Shown one piece after another: positions 18,608 through 28,243 of a stretch of 52,586 nt of DNA. Below the pieces are notes generated by a model, which saw nothing but the letters and a program-made list of their open reading frames with translations, was not told the origin of the DNA and did not search any database. Source of the DNA: Clostridia bacterium (GTDB lineage Bacteria; Bacillota; Clostridia; Oscillospirales; CAG-272). Positions within the stretch are counted from its first letter, which is position 1; every line of letters begins with the position of its first letter. The position numbers and the translations under genes are program-made. The stretch lies in contig JAFYTT010000246.1 in assembly GCA_017558715.1 (NCBI GenBank), positions 1 to 52,586 of the forward strand, given 5' to 3'.

Positions 18608-18671
18608 GAGAGCATCGGCAGATACTTCCGATAGAAACAGATACGGAGGTATGGCGATGCTCTCTTTTTTT
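18608..18671 (+). terminator. Probable asnS terminator (long-loop hairpin plus T7 run)
   Basis: GAGAGCATC (18608-18616) / GATGCTCTC (18656-18664) followed by TTTTTTT. The 39-nt loop has internal pairing. It overlaps the candidate sORF described in findings. Confidence 0.5.
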
Positions 18672-18817
18672 CTCGGACTGTGGATCGGCGGGATTGTCGG
18701 GATTGTGGTGATGTGTCTTTTGCAGGTCAATCACGGTGCCGATACGGAATATGATGACGGATGAGGTTCCCCATTGCATAAACAACGGGAAAATCCCATG
18801 GAATTTCGGGATTTCTC

Positions 18818-18846
18818 TTGACATTTTCAAAAAAATAATGTATAAT
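18818..18846 (+). promoter_or_regulatory. Sigma-A-type promoter of the metY-metA leader
   Basis: TTGACA (18818-18823), 17-nt spacer, TATAAT (18841-18846), with TG immediately upstream of the -10. Confidence 0.7.
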
Positions 18847-18854
18847 AATGCTCA

Positions 18855-19190
18855 ATTTAATGGCTGTGACGAAGAGGACACGCATGACAAAAGCAGGGAA
18901 TGATTCCCGACAGAGAGACGGCGGTTGGTGTGAGCCGTGTGCGGATTTGTGCGATGGTCTATGGCTTCTGAGCCGGTGTGTCGAGACGGCATCTGCGACT
19001 GTGGATGGCGGTTAGGCTCATCCGTTTGGCCGCGTAAAGGCACAGGGTTTGGAAAGAATCCGAAAAAAGAGCGGCGGACGTGTCATGCGTCTGCAATTTG
19101 AGTGGTACCGCGGGTGAGAAAGTCTCCCGTCTCAAAAAACAGCAGGAACAGCTTGCTCCTGTCGGTTTGATTGAGACGGCTTTTTTATTT
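18855..19190 (+). promoter_or_regulatory. T-box riboswitch leader, probable Met specifier (AUG)
   Basis: T-box motif AATTTGAGTGGTACCGCGGG (19095-19114), including UGGU. AG bay AGAGAG (18912-18917), then distal stem ACGGC / GCCGT with loop GGTTGGTGTGA. F-box-like CCGTTT (19022-19027). Terminator helix CCGTCTCAA (19127-19135) / TTGAGACGG (19171-19179) plus a T6 run, whose 5' arm overlaps the antiterminator 3' arm. Candidate specifier is ATG at 18961-18963, followed by G-C and then the basal helix. Confidence 0.8.
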
Positions 19191-19244
19191 CTCCGCGTAA
19201 CCGAACAACTACAGAGTAATCAACGAAAGGATATACGATCAACC

Positions 19245-20531
19245 ATGAAAAAGAATTACAGAATCGAAACAAAATGTGTGCAGGGCGGTTATACCCCCGG
19301 AAACGGTGAACCCAGACAGATTCCGATCATTCAGTCCACGACGTTTAAATATGCATCCGGCACGGAAATGGGCAAACTGTTTGACCTGGAAGCATCCGGC
19401 TATTTCTACTCCCGCCTGCAGAACCCGACCTGCGACACGGTTGCAGCAAAGATTTGTGAAATGGAAGGCGGTACGGCTGCCATGCTGACCTCCTCCGGTC
19501 AGGCGGCATCCTTCTATGCGGTTTTCAACATCGCATCTGCGGGCGACCATGTCGTTTCCTCCGCAGCAATCTACGGCGGTACGTATAATCTGTTCGCCGT
19601 CACGATGAAGCGCATGGGTATCGAATTCACATTCGTCAATCCCGACTGCACGGAAGAAGAACTGAATGCGGCATTCCGTCCGAACACCAAGGCGGTCTTC
19701 GGTGAAACAATCGCCAATCCTGCACTGACCGTGCTTGATATCGAAAAGTTTGCGAACGCGGCACATGCACACGGCGTTCCGCTGATCATCGACAACACCT
19801 TTGCAACGCCCGTCAACTGCCGTCCGTTTGAATGGGGTGCTGACATCGTCACCCATTCCACGACCAAGTACATGGACGGTCACGGTGCTGCCGTCGGCGG
19901 ATGCATCGTCGATTCCGGCAACTTTGACTGGATGGCACATGCCGACAAGTTCCCGGGTCTGACCACGCCCGATGACAGCTACCACGGTGTCACCTATGCC
20001 GAACGCTTCGGCAAAGAGGGAGCATTCATCACCAAGGCGACCGCACAGCTGATGCGTGACTTCGGCTCGGTTCAGTCCCCGCAGAGCGCATTCCTGCTCA
20101 ACATGGGACTGGAATCCCTGCATGTCCGCATGGAACGCCACTGTGCCAACGCCGCCGCTGTTGCAAAGTATCTCGAATCCCACGAAAAGATCGCTTGGGT
20201 CAACCATCCGTCGCTTGCGTCCTGCAAATACCACGAGCTTGCAAAGAAGTACATGCCGAAGGGCACCTGCGGCGTTATCAGCTTCGGTGTCAAGGGCGGC
20301 AGACAGGCAGCAGAGGACTTCATGGGACATCTGCAGATCGCCGCGATCGAAACACACGTTGCCGATGCACGCACCTGCTGTCTGCACCCGGCATCCACGA
20401 CCCACCGCCAGATGTCTGACGCAGAACTGCTCGCAGCCGGTGTTTCTGCCGATCTCGTCCGTCTCTCCTGCGGTCTGGAATCCGCCGATGACCTGATTGC
20501 CGATATTGAACAGGCTTTGGCGCAGATCTGA
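19245..20531 (+). CDS. metY: O-acetylhomoserine sulfhydrylase (PLP-dependent, Cys/Met metabolism family)
   Basis: ORF 19080-20531 trimmed to the ATG at 19245 (GAAAGGA RBS), because the upstream part is the T-box leader. N-terminus MKKNYRIETKCVQGGY. PLP-lysine motif HSTTKYMDGHG. Confidence 0.88.
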   Translation: MKKNYRIETKCVQGGYTPGNGEPRQIPIIQSTTFKYASGTEMGKLFDLEASGYFYSRLQNPTCDTVAAKICEMEGGTAAMLTSSGQAASFYAVFNIASAGDHVVSSAAIYGGTYNLFAVTMKRMGIEFTFVNPDCTEEELNAAFRPNTKAVFGETIANPALTVLDIEKFANAAHAHGVPLIIDNTFATPVNCRPFEWGADIVTHSTTKYMDGHGAAVGGCIVDSGNFDWMAHADKFPGLTTPDDSYHGVTYAERFGKEGAFITKATAQLMRDFGSVQSPQSAFLLNMGLESLHVRMERHCANAAAVAKYLESHEKIAWVNHPSLASCKYHELAKKYMPKGTCGVISFGVKGGRQAAEDFMGHLQIAAIETHVADARTCCLHPASTTHRQMSDAELLAAGVSADLVRLSCGLESADDLIADIEQALAQI

Positions 20532-20563
20532 TCCACTACTGAACAGAAAGGAATCGACATCCC

Positions 20564-21478
20564 ATGCCGATCAAAATACCAAACGAACTGCCTGCCGTAC
20601 GGACACTTGCCTCGGAAAAGATCTTTGTCATGACCGAAAAGCGCGCCATGACGCAGGATATCCGTCCGCTTCGCATTGTTCTTCTGAACCTGATGCCGAC
20701 CAAGATTGTCACAGAAACACAGTTTTCGCGTCTGCTCGGCAACTCGCCTCTGCAGGTGGAGCTGACCCTTCTGCAGACGGCAACGCATCAGTCCAAAAAT
20801 ACCTCCGCCGAGCATCTTCTGATGTTCTATAAAACCTTTGATGAAATCCGCGATCAGAAATTTGACGGTATGATCATCACCGGTGCGCCCGTCGAAAAGA
20901 TGGAATTTGAAGAGGTGGAATACTGGGACGAGCTCTGCGAAATCATGGACTGGAGCAAAAAGAACGTTCACAGTACGCTTCACATCTGCTGGGGCGCGCA
21001 GGCGGGACTTTACCATCACTACGGAATCAAAAAATACCCGCTCGATCAGAAAATGTTCGGTGTCTTCCCGCATACCGTGGAAACACAGGACAACACGCTG
21101 ATGCGCGGCTTTGACGACGTGTTCTATGCACCGCACAGCCGTCATACGACGATCAACCGTGAGGACATTGAAGAGGTCGATGCGCTGACCATCATCGCTT
21201 CCTCCGAGGAGGCCGGTGTTTATGCTGTGGAAAGCGCCAAGCATCGCCAGATCTACATCACCGGTCACTCCGAGTACGATGCCGACACGCTGGAACGTGA
21301 ATATCTGCGTGATAAAAACGCCGGTCTGCCGATCGAAGTTCCGAAAAACTACTATCCGAACGACGATGACACCAAGCCGCCGAGAGTCACATGGCGCGGA
21401 CATGCCAATCTGTTGTTCTCCAACTGGCTCAATTACTACGTATACCAGACAACACCTTACGAAATTGCAAAAATCTGA
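20564..21478 (+). CDS. metA: Homoserine O-acyltransferase (MetA family)
   Basis: [11 protein letters not shown]...[14 protein letters not shown]-terminus, active-site region [16 protein letters not shown], 304 aa. Confidence 0.9.
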   Translation: MPIKIPNELPAVRTLASEKIFVMTEKRAMTQDIRPLRIVLLNLMPTKIVTETQFSRLLGNSPLQVELTLLQTATHQSKNTSAEHLLMFYKTFDEIRDQKFDGMIITGAPVEKMEFEEVEYWDELCEIMDWSKKNVHSTLHICWGAQAGLYHHYGIKKYPLDQKMFGVFPHTVETQDNTLMRGFDDVFYAPHSRHTTINREDIEEVDALTIIASSEEAGVYAVESAKHRQIYITGHSEYDADTLEREYLRDKNAGLPIEVPKNYYPNDDDTKPPRVTWRGHANLLFSNWLNYYVYQTTPYEIAKI

Positions 21479-21485
21479 AAAAGTT

Positions 21486-21532
21486 CTGCCGCATCTCCTC
21501 ATGTACGGAAATGCGGCAGTTTCTTTGTTATT
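21486..21532 (+). terminator. Intrinsic terminator after metA
   Basis: CTGCCGCAT (21486-21494) / ATGCGGCAG (21511-21519) followed by TTTCTTTGTTATT. It overlaps the 3' end of the convergent acyltransferase gene. Confidence 0.7.
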
Positions 21533-22847
21533 CGATCGGTGATTTGCGTTCTTTGCGGGAAGATGCTTTCCGGGTACGAACCAGCTTATAAAGCTCCTCT
21601 GCGGCAAGACGCGTTTTGGCAACGACATCATAGTCGATCTGCGGGAAACAGTAGTAAAGCGTGTTTGTGTCACCGATACAAATCATATCGCCGATTTCGT
21701 ACCAGTAGTAGTCGGAATATAAGCTGTAGGACGCAAGCGGCTTCTGACGGTAATCAAGTTGCGGCTGTCCCGCAGCATCAGCACAGCCGACGAGATGAAA
21801 ACCGTCTTTGTCATGGTGCAGACGACCGGTACCGACACGGTAGACCGCACGCATATCGACCTGCATACGGATTTCCACGGGAATGTCGAGGCAGTAGGTA
21901 CCATTTTCCAGCGCTTCTCTGACACAGTCACGCTCCCATGCGTACCAGTCGGGAATGTGCGGAAATTCGGTATTTCCGTCAGCAGCTTCCATTTGTCCGT
22001 CCTCCCGGAGGGTATAGGATTTTCCGCACGCGGTACAAGTGATATGAATACCTTCCGCCTGCATACCATTCTCGGACAGACAGTGCGGGCACTTGTACAG
22101 CACACGGTTCAGTCCGTCCGCGCGCTCGGGATGGTCGATGACAATCCCATTGTCGCGCTGCCATGCAAAGTTGTCAAAGGAGAAGCGGTCGTTCAGTACC
22201 GCCATCAGTTCCTCGGCTGATTTTGTTTTGGTATCTTCAGGTGAAAACAGGTACTCCATGTCGGCAGTAACACGTACCTTGCGTGCACGGAGATTATTGT
22301 AAAGCGGTGTGCGGGTGAATGCTCCGTAGGTTCGGATCATGATGACAGGAACACCGAGCATTTTGACAAGACTGCCAAGAGAATCCGGAAGTGTTGTTGC
22401 AGTGCCGTCAAAGGAATAGCTTGCCTCGGGATACATCAGTACCGATTCGCGTCGGTTTCTGACGGTATGAAGCAGATCGCGTACCAACGTCATGTCGGTA
22501 ACGAATTTTGTTGTCGGGATACAGCCAATGCCGCGCATAACGAGGTTCAGACCGATGAAGCTGTCGGATGTGGCGACGATATGATACGGACGCGGAAACA
22601 GACACGCCGATGCAATTTTCATGTCGAGAAAGCACGAATGATTCATCAGTATCAGACACGGCTCTTTTTTGGAAAGGCGTTCCATACCGATTTTATTGAC
22701 AGCAAAGCCTGTTTCCAGAAGCTCCGGGATCGACAGAACACGGATCAGTCCGTGCAGAAAGCGGCTCGGTCGACCGGGCTTTTTATGCTTTTGCTTGGGC
22801 AGGGTGATGACCTTTTCGTAGGGCAGATCGCGTTTTGTTATCTTCAT
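21528..22847 (-). CDS. Lysophospholipid/glycerol-3-phosphate acyltransferase-like protein (PlsC family) with C-terminal zinc-ribbon-containing extension
   Basis: HX4D motif NHSCFLD and second motif YPEAS. The C-terminal half contains CPHC...CTACG. AAAGGA RBS. Starts 26 nt after the fucosidase stop. Confidence 0.7.
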   Translation of the reverse strand: MKITKRDLPYEKVITLPKQKHKKPGRPSRFLHGLIRVLSIPELLETGFAVNKIGMERLSKKEPCLILMNHSCFLDMKIASACLFPRPYHIVATSDSFIGLNLVMRGIGCIPTTKFVTDMTLVRDLLHTVRNRRESVLMYPEASYSFDGTATTLPDSLGSLVKMLGVPVIMIRTYGAFTRTPLYNNLRARKVRVTADMEYLFSPEDTKTKSAEELMAVLNDRFSFDNFAWQRDNGIVIDHPERADGLNRVLYKCPHCLSENGMQAEGIHITCTACGKSYTLREDGQMEAADGNTEFPHIPDWYAWERDCVREALENGTYCLDIPVEIRMQVDMRAVYRVGTGRLHHDKDGFHLVGCADAAGQPQLDYRQKPLASYSLYSDYYWYEIGDMICIGDTNTLYYCFPQIDYDVVAKTRLAAEELYKLVRTRKASSRKERKSPIE

Positions 22848-22873
22848 GGCAAGGATGTCCTTTTACGTAAAAT

Positions 22874-23920
22874 TCAACGGTTGGAATACAGCGCAGCCGC
22901 ACGGCGAAGCACTTCGATCGAAGGACCGGGAATTCTGCCGAGCCCGTCGGGACCGACGTTGACGAGATAATTGATGTCAAGGTCATTCAGCCGCGCACGG
23001 TTTGCGGCAAGCACCTCGGGAGCAATCCAGTTGTGATCCCGATAGTTGAAGCCCCACGAATGGTTGAGCGTACATGCGGATTCATACAGACCGTACTTGC
23101 AGGGCTTGAAGCCGCAGATATTCTGATAGTCCACCGTGTCGGGATCAACCTTGGAAAGACGTTCCCACTCTTCACGGCTTGCGGGGATTTCGTTGTCGCC
23201 GAGGGAAACGTAGTCATACGCACCGTTGCCCAACCGCGAATTGATCAGACAGTTCGGCTGAAGACGCTTGACCGTGTCGTAGATGCGGCGGGACTGCTCT
23301 GCATTGATGGTCATCGGAACGTCAAACCATGCAAGAAAAACATCGCCGTAGTTTGTCATGATTTCCTCGATCTGCGGCAGAATTTTCTTTTCAAAGCAAA
23401 TGGAGAAATCCTTGTCATCGACAGACGGGAAATCCCAGCTGTTGTCCCAGGAAACACCCGAGCACGGAATGTGACGGGAGAGATAGCTGCCGCCATGGTA
23501 TTCGTGCCAGTCAAGGTCTTGGGAATAGTAGAATCCGAGCTTCAGACCGTGCTTCTGACATGCCGCGGCAAGCTCACCGATCAGGTCGCGCTTGCACGGT
23601 GTTGCATCATAGACATTATACGGGTCGACCTTCGAGCGGAACAAGGCAAAGCCGTCGTGGTGCTTGGTCGTAACAACGAGATACTTCATGCCGACTTCCT
23701 TTGCAAGGCAGACAATTTCTTCCGCATCGAAGTAGATCGGATTGAAAACGGAGGCTAACTTTTCGTATTCCGCGATCGGAATGGCGTGATAGGCACCGAT
23801 CCATTCGGCATAGGCAGAGGACGGCTTGCCTTTGTATTCGCCGGACAAAAGAGAATAAAGACCGAAGTGCATCATCATGCCGTAGCCGGCTTCTTTGAAA
23901 TAGGTAACATTAGGATTCAT
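22874..23920 (-). CDS. Alpha-L-fucosidase (GH29-type), no signal peptide
   Basis: GYGMMMHFGLYS, AEWIGAYH and VVTTKHHDGFALFRS motifs. 348 aa. AAGGAG RBS. Confidence 0.8.
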   Translation of the reverse strand: MNPNVTYFKEAGYGMMMHFGLYSLLSGEYKGKPSSAYAEWIGAYHAIPIAEYEKLASVFNPIYFDAEEIVCLAKEVGMKYLVVTTKHHDGFALFRSKVDPYNVYDATPCKRDLIGELAAACQKHGLKLGFYYSQDLDWHEYHGGSYLSRHIPCSGVSWDNSWDFPSVDDKDFSICFEKKILPQIEEIMTNYGDVFLAWFDVPMTINAEQSRRIYDTVKRLQPNCLINSRLGNGAYDYVSLGDNEIPASREEWERLSKVDPDTVDYQNICGFKPCKYGLYESACTLNHSWGFNYRDHNWIAPEVLAANRARLNDLDINYLVNVGPDGLGRIPGPSIEVLRRAAALYSNR

Positions 23921-24106
23921 ACAGATACGCTCCTTATGATGTTATTATGATTGATGAAACCATTATAGCAAATATGACGGGAAATGTCAATAAAAAACAC
24001 ACCGTCACAGCAAGAAACTATGTAGAATCCGCGTTCGTACTTGACTTTTCGCCGTCAGATATGTTATAATATAAACAGAACAAAAATTCGAAAGTGAGGT
24101 GATCCC

Positions 24107-26281
24107 ATGCCGCCCAAAAAAACAACGAATCTGACTCCCGAGAGTCCCATCACCGCCCTTCCAGGTATTTCCGAAACGCGCGGTGCATTGTTTGCAAAGC
24201 TCGGTATTGAGACGCTTGCCGATTTGTGCCGTCATTATCCGCGCACCTACGAAATCCGCGGAAAGATGACAACCGTCGCGGATGCATTGTCTGACGGATG
24301 CGGTCACGGAGAGCCTGTTTCTCTGCTTCTGACCGTCGGGACACAGCCGAAGGTCACAACGATCCGCCGCGGCATGGTGCTGACCCGCTTTACCGCGTTT
24401 GACGAGACGGGGACAGTGCAGATCACCTACTTCAATCAGCCGTATCTGCGCGATGCATTTGCCGTCGGTTCAACATACCGCTTTTTCGGACGGTGTGAGA
24501 AGACCACAGGCGGCAGACTGTCCATGACCTCGCCCAAGCACGAAATGCTCGGCGCGTCTGACCCCGGCGACGGTTCTTCGCTTCCGTCGATTTATCCGAT
24601 CTACCGCGTAACGGCAGGACTGACACAGAAGCTGATCGCGCAGTCGGTCGAGCGTGCGCTGGCGGTTGTCTATCCGCCCGATCGGAACACCCCCGATCCT
24701 TTGCCGACATCGGTGCTCACAGAACACAATCTCTGCGGCAGACGGTATGCAGCAGTCAATATCCATATGCCGGAAAACGAAGCCGTCCTCGATGCCGCCC
24801 GCAAACGTCTGATCTTTGAGGAACTCTTGTTGTTTGCACTCGGTCTGCGTCTGCGCAAAAGCATGAAAGAGCAGCGTACGGCAATTCCGATGACCGCGCC
24901 CGATATGACGCCGTTCTATGCGGCACTTCCGTATGCCTTGACGGGTGCACAGACGCGTTCAATCGGCGAATTTCTGCATGACATGACGGAGAAGCCCTCT
25001 CCGATGAACCGCCTGCTCTCGGGCGATGTCGGCTCGGGCAAAACCGTCTGTGCCGCGGCGGCGCTTTATATTGCACTCCAAAACGGCTGTCAGGCTGCCC
25101 TCATGGCACCGACGGAAATTTTAGCCACCCAGCACTATGAAGATCTGGCTCCGTTGTTTGAGACACTCGGCTATGACTGCGCCCTGTTGGTCGGCAGTAC
25201 AAAAGCAAAGGAAAAGACCGCGATCAAGGCACGTCTTGCTGACGGCACACTGCCGCTTGTCATTGGTACCCATGCCCTGCTTGAAGATAATGTCGTGTTT
25301 GCCAACTGCGGGCTTGTCATCACAGACGAACAGCACCGTTTCGGTGTCGGTCAGCGCGCCGCGCTTGCCAAAAAAGCGGAAAATGTGCATACACTCATCA
25401 TGTCCGCAACACCGATTCCGCGGACGATGGCGCTGATGCTGTTCGGTGATCTGGAAATGTCGATTCTCGATGAGATGCCGCCCGGCAGACAAAAGGTTTC
25501 AACCTTTGCCGTAGATGAATCCTACCGCGAACGACTCAACGGCTTTATCCGCAAACAGGTGGAGGAGGGACATCAGGTCTATATCGTCTGTCCTGCCATC
25601 GATGAAACAGAGGATGATGGTGAAGGACTTGGCGGTGAGACTGTACAGGATGACCGTCCGACGATGAAAGCGGCAGTAGCCTATGCAAAGACGCTTTCCG
25701 AGAATGTTTTCCCCGATCTGCCTGTCGGATTTCTGCACGGAAAAATGAAGCCTGCCGAAAAAGATGCCATCATGCACCGTTTTTCCTCGGGAGAACTGCC
25801 GATTCTCGTATCCACCACCGTCATTGAGGTCGGTGTCAACGTCCCGACGGCAACGCTGATGGTCGTGGAAAACGCGGAATACTTCGGATTGTCCCAGCTG
25901 CATCAGCTGCGCGGTCGTGTCGGTCGAGGACGGGACAAATCATGGTGTATCCTCGTCTCCGACAACAAAGGCGAAACTGCCAAACAGCGTCTGGAAATTA
26001 TGTGCAAAACGAACAACGGCTATGAAATTGCCGAAAAGGACCTGGAACTGCGCGGTCCCGGTGATTTCTTTGCGGCAAATCCCGGCGGTGTTTCTTATGA
26101 TGTCCGTCAGTCGGGAGGACTGCGCTTTGCCATTGCGTCGTTCTGTGACGATATGGAATTTCTGCGCAATGCGTTTTCCGCCGCCGATGAAATTGCCGCA
26201 TTTGATCCGCTGCTTCAAAAGCCGGAAAACACTCTGCTCCGCGAGGCAATGGAAAGCCGCTTCGGAGTCGTGGTTTTATGA
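24107..26281 (+). CDS. recG: ATP-dependent DNA helicase RecG
   Basis: Wedge domain followed by SF2 helicase motifs GDVGSGKT, ITDEQHRFG, SATPIPRT and QLHQLRGRVGRG. 724 aa. Confidence 0.92.
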   Translation: MPPKKTTNLTPESPITALPGISETRGALFAKLGIETLADLCRHYPRTYEIRGKMTTVADALSDGCGHGEPVSLLLTVGTQPKVTTIRRGMVLTRFTAFDETGTVQITYFNQPYLRDAFAVGSTYRFFGRCEKTTGGRLSMTSPKHEMLGASDPGDGSSLPSIYPIYRVTAGLTQKLIAQSVERALAVVYPPDRNTPDPLPTSVLTEHNLCGRRYAAVNIHMPENEAVLDAARKRLIFEELLLFALGLRLRKSMKEQRTAIPMTAPDMTPFYAALPYALTGAQTRSIGEFLHDMTEKPSPMNRLLSGDVGSGKTVCAAAALYIALQNGCQAALMAPTEILATQHYEDLAPLFETLGYDCALLVGSTKAKEKTAIKARLADGTLPLVIGTHALLEDNVVFANCGLVITDEQHRFGVGQRAALAKKAENVHTLIMSATPIPRTMALMLFGDLEMSILDEMPPGRQKVSTFAVDESYRERLNGFIRKQVEEGHQVYIVCPAIDETEDDGEGLGGETVQDDRPTMKAAVAYAKTLSENVFPDLPVGFLHGKMKPAEKDAIMHRFSSGELPILVSTTVIEVGVNVPTATLMVVENAEYFGLSQLHQLRGRVGRGRDKSWCILVSDNKGETAKQRLEIMCKTNNGYEIAEKDLELRGPGDFFAANPGGVSYDVRQSGGLRFAIASFCDDMEFLRNAFSAADEIAAFDPLLQKPENTLLREAMESRFGVVVL

Positions 26282-26411
26282 CGCGGCAATGTCACCATAT
26301 CGGACAATCCCTGCGGTTTGAATAAAAATTTACAAATCCCCATTGAAATCGGAACAAAAACGCGGTACAATATATGTTACCATATCATTTTATAAAGGAA
26401 AATGAACAACA

Positions 26412-26984
26412 ATGAAACTGACCAAACTTCTTTCTTTGATTCTTGCTTGTATTCTGCTCTCTCTGTCCGTCATCTCCTGTTCTCCGTCTGTCACGGAAGC
26501 AGGCATTGCGATTCCGTCCGATATGCAGGCGATTGCAGGCGAAGCCGGTGACTATGACCTGATTGTACCGTCAAACTGGCTTGTCGAAACCACCGTCGGT
26601 ATGACCAGCGCTTATGTTGAGGATACCGCTCGTTCCTCTGTCACCGTCACGGCAAACGAACTGACGGCAGAACTTACCTCCATTGAAGCATACTGGGATA
26701 TGTTTGCAGAAGAATTTGCGGCAACCTTTGCGGATTTTGCCATGGTCGATGCAGAACCGTCTGACGTGGTTGTCGGTTCCGCATACGAGGACACCACCCG
26801 TCATACCGAGGCTCTCAAATACCGCTATACCGCAACGGTCGGCGGTGTCAAGTACCAGTGGATGCAGGTGCTCTGCCTGCGCGGCGCAACGATGTATATC
26901 ATCACCTACACCTCCACGGCAGAAAGCTACGAATCCAATCTTGAGGATGTCAATGAGATCCTGTCGCATCTCTACTTCCGCTGA
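26412..26984 (+). CDS. Lipoprotein of unknown function
   Basis: Signal peptide with lipobox VISC. 190 aa. Mixed alpha/beta-looking acidic domain with no recognisable catalytic motif. Confidence 0.65.
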   Translation: MKLTKLLSLILACILLSLSVISCSPSVTEAGIAIPSDMQAIAGEAGDYDLIVPSNWLVETTVGMTSAYVEDTARSSVTVTANELTAELTSIEAYWDMFAEEFAATFADFAMVDAEPSDVVVGSAYEDTTRHTEALKYRYTATVGGVKYQWMQVLCLRGATMYIITYTSTAESYESNLEDVNEILSHLYFR

Positions 26985-27001
26985 TTGTGGAGTTTTTCAG
27001 C

Positions 27002-28186
27002 ATGCAGACCATTTATTTTGACAACAGCGCGACAACGGCTCTTTGTCCCAAAGCGCGTGAAGCGATGCTCCATGTCATGGACGAGGCGTGGGGCAATCCG
27101 TCCTCCCGCCATGCTATCGGTGTTACCGCGCACAACGTTCTGAAAAAAGCACGTGAGCAGGTGCTCTCTGCCCTTGGTGTCCGCGGTGCAAAGGAAGAAA
27201 ATCTGATTTTTACCGCATCGGGTACGGAAGCGGACAACCTCGCCATCACCGGTACCGCACATGCAAAAAAAGCACTGGCGGGCGGTAAAATCATCACCTC
27301 GGATTCCGAGCATCCCGCCGTTCTGCGTACCGTGGAAGCGCTGGAAGCAGAAGGGTTCCGTGCATCATATATTCCTACGAAGCACGGCGTATTTGACATG
27401 GATGTGTTCCGCCGTGAAATGACGCGCGATACATTTCTTGTCACGGTGATGCTCGTCAACAACGAAACGGGTGCCGTCAATGACATCCGCGCCATCTCCG
27501 ATTATGCAAAAAGTGTCAATCCCGACTGTATCGTTCATACCGATGCGGTACAGGGATTTCTGAAGCTTCCCTTTACGCCGACCACCCTCGGTGCAGATCT
27601 TGTCACGGTATCGGCGCATAAAATTCACGGTCCCAAAGGTGTGGGCGCGCTGTACATCTCCCCTTACATGATCAAACGCCGTGCCGTTTCTCCGATCATC
27701 TTCGGCGGCGGGCAGGAGTTTTCCTTCCGTTCGGGTACGGAAAATCTGCCCGGTATTGCCGGGTTCGGTGCTGCTGCCGCTGCCCAAAGTGCATCTTTGG
27801 AACAGGATATCGCCGCAATGACATCTCTGCGCGACAGGCTTCCTGCGATGCTTGCGGACGATCCGATTCTCTCGAATATCGCGGTCAATGTCCCGCAGTC
27901 AAAGGAACGTGCGCCGCATATCGTCTCCCTGCGCATGCCGAAGATCAAAAGCGAAACAATGCTGAATTTCCTGTCGGGAAAAGGCATTGCCGTATCCTCG
28001 GGTTCTGCGTGTTCTGCGCAGAGCGGACGGATTTCAAGCGCGCTTCTGTGCTTCGGTCTTTCCGAGGCGGAAGCCGATACGACCCTGCGCATCAGTCTGT
28101 GTGCTCAAAACACAGAAGAAGAGCTGATTGCCCTGTGTGATGCTCTGCGGCTCGGCATCAAAATGCTGGCAAGAATGAAACGATAA
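27002..28186 (+). CDS. Cysteine desulfurase (NifS/IscS class V aminotransferase family)
   Basis: Trimmed to the ATG at 27002 (GGAG 9 nt upstream). N-terminus MQTIYFDNSATT, PLP-lysine motif SAHKIHGPKG, catalytic-loop SSGSACS. Confidence 0.88.
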   Translation: MQTIYFDNSATTALCPKAREAMLHVMDEAWGNPSSRHAIGVTAHNVLKKAREQVLSALGVRGAKEENLIFTASGTEADNLAITGTAHAKKALAGGKIITSDSEHPAVLRTVEALEAEGFRASYIPTKHGVFDMDVFRREMTRDTFLVTVMLVNNETGAVNDIRAISDYAKSVNPDCIVHTDAVQGFLKLPFTPTTLGADLVTVSAHKIHGPKGVGALYISPYMIKRRAVSPIIFGGGQEFSFRSGTENLPGIAGFGAAAAAQSASLEQDIAAMTSLRDRLPAMLADDPILSNIAVNVPQSKERAPHIVSLRMPKIKSETMLNFLSGKGIAVSSGSACSAQSGRISSALLCFGLSEAEADTTLRISLCAQNTEEELIALCDALRLGIKMLARMKR

Positions 28187-28195
28187 CAACGACAA

Positions 28196-28243
28196 ACGCA
28201 GATACAAGGATGTATGTGTCCTGTATCTGCGTTCTTTGTATTT
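28196..28243. terminator. Intrinsic terminator between convergent genes
   Basis: ACGCAGATACAAGGA (28196-28210) / TCCTGTATCTGCGT (28219-28232) with one bulge, then TCTTTGTATTT. Confidence 0.7.

Noticed and set aside
18855-19190. A SAM-I (S-box) riboswitch, expected upstream of methionine genes.
   Set aside because: No SAM-I core sequence or four-way junction was seen. The leader instead carries the T-box motif TGAGTGGTACCGCGGG, an AG bay and distal loop, and a terminator/antiterminator pair.
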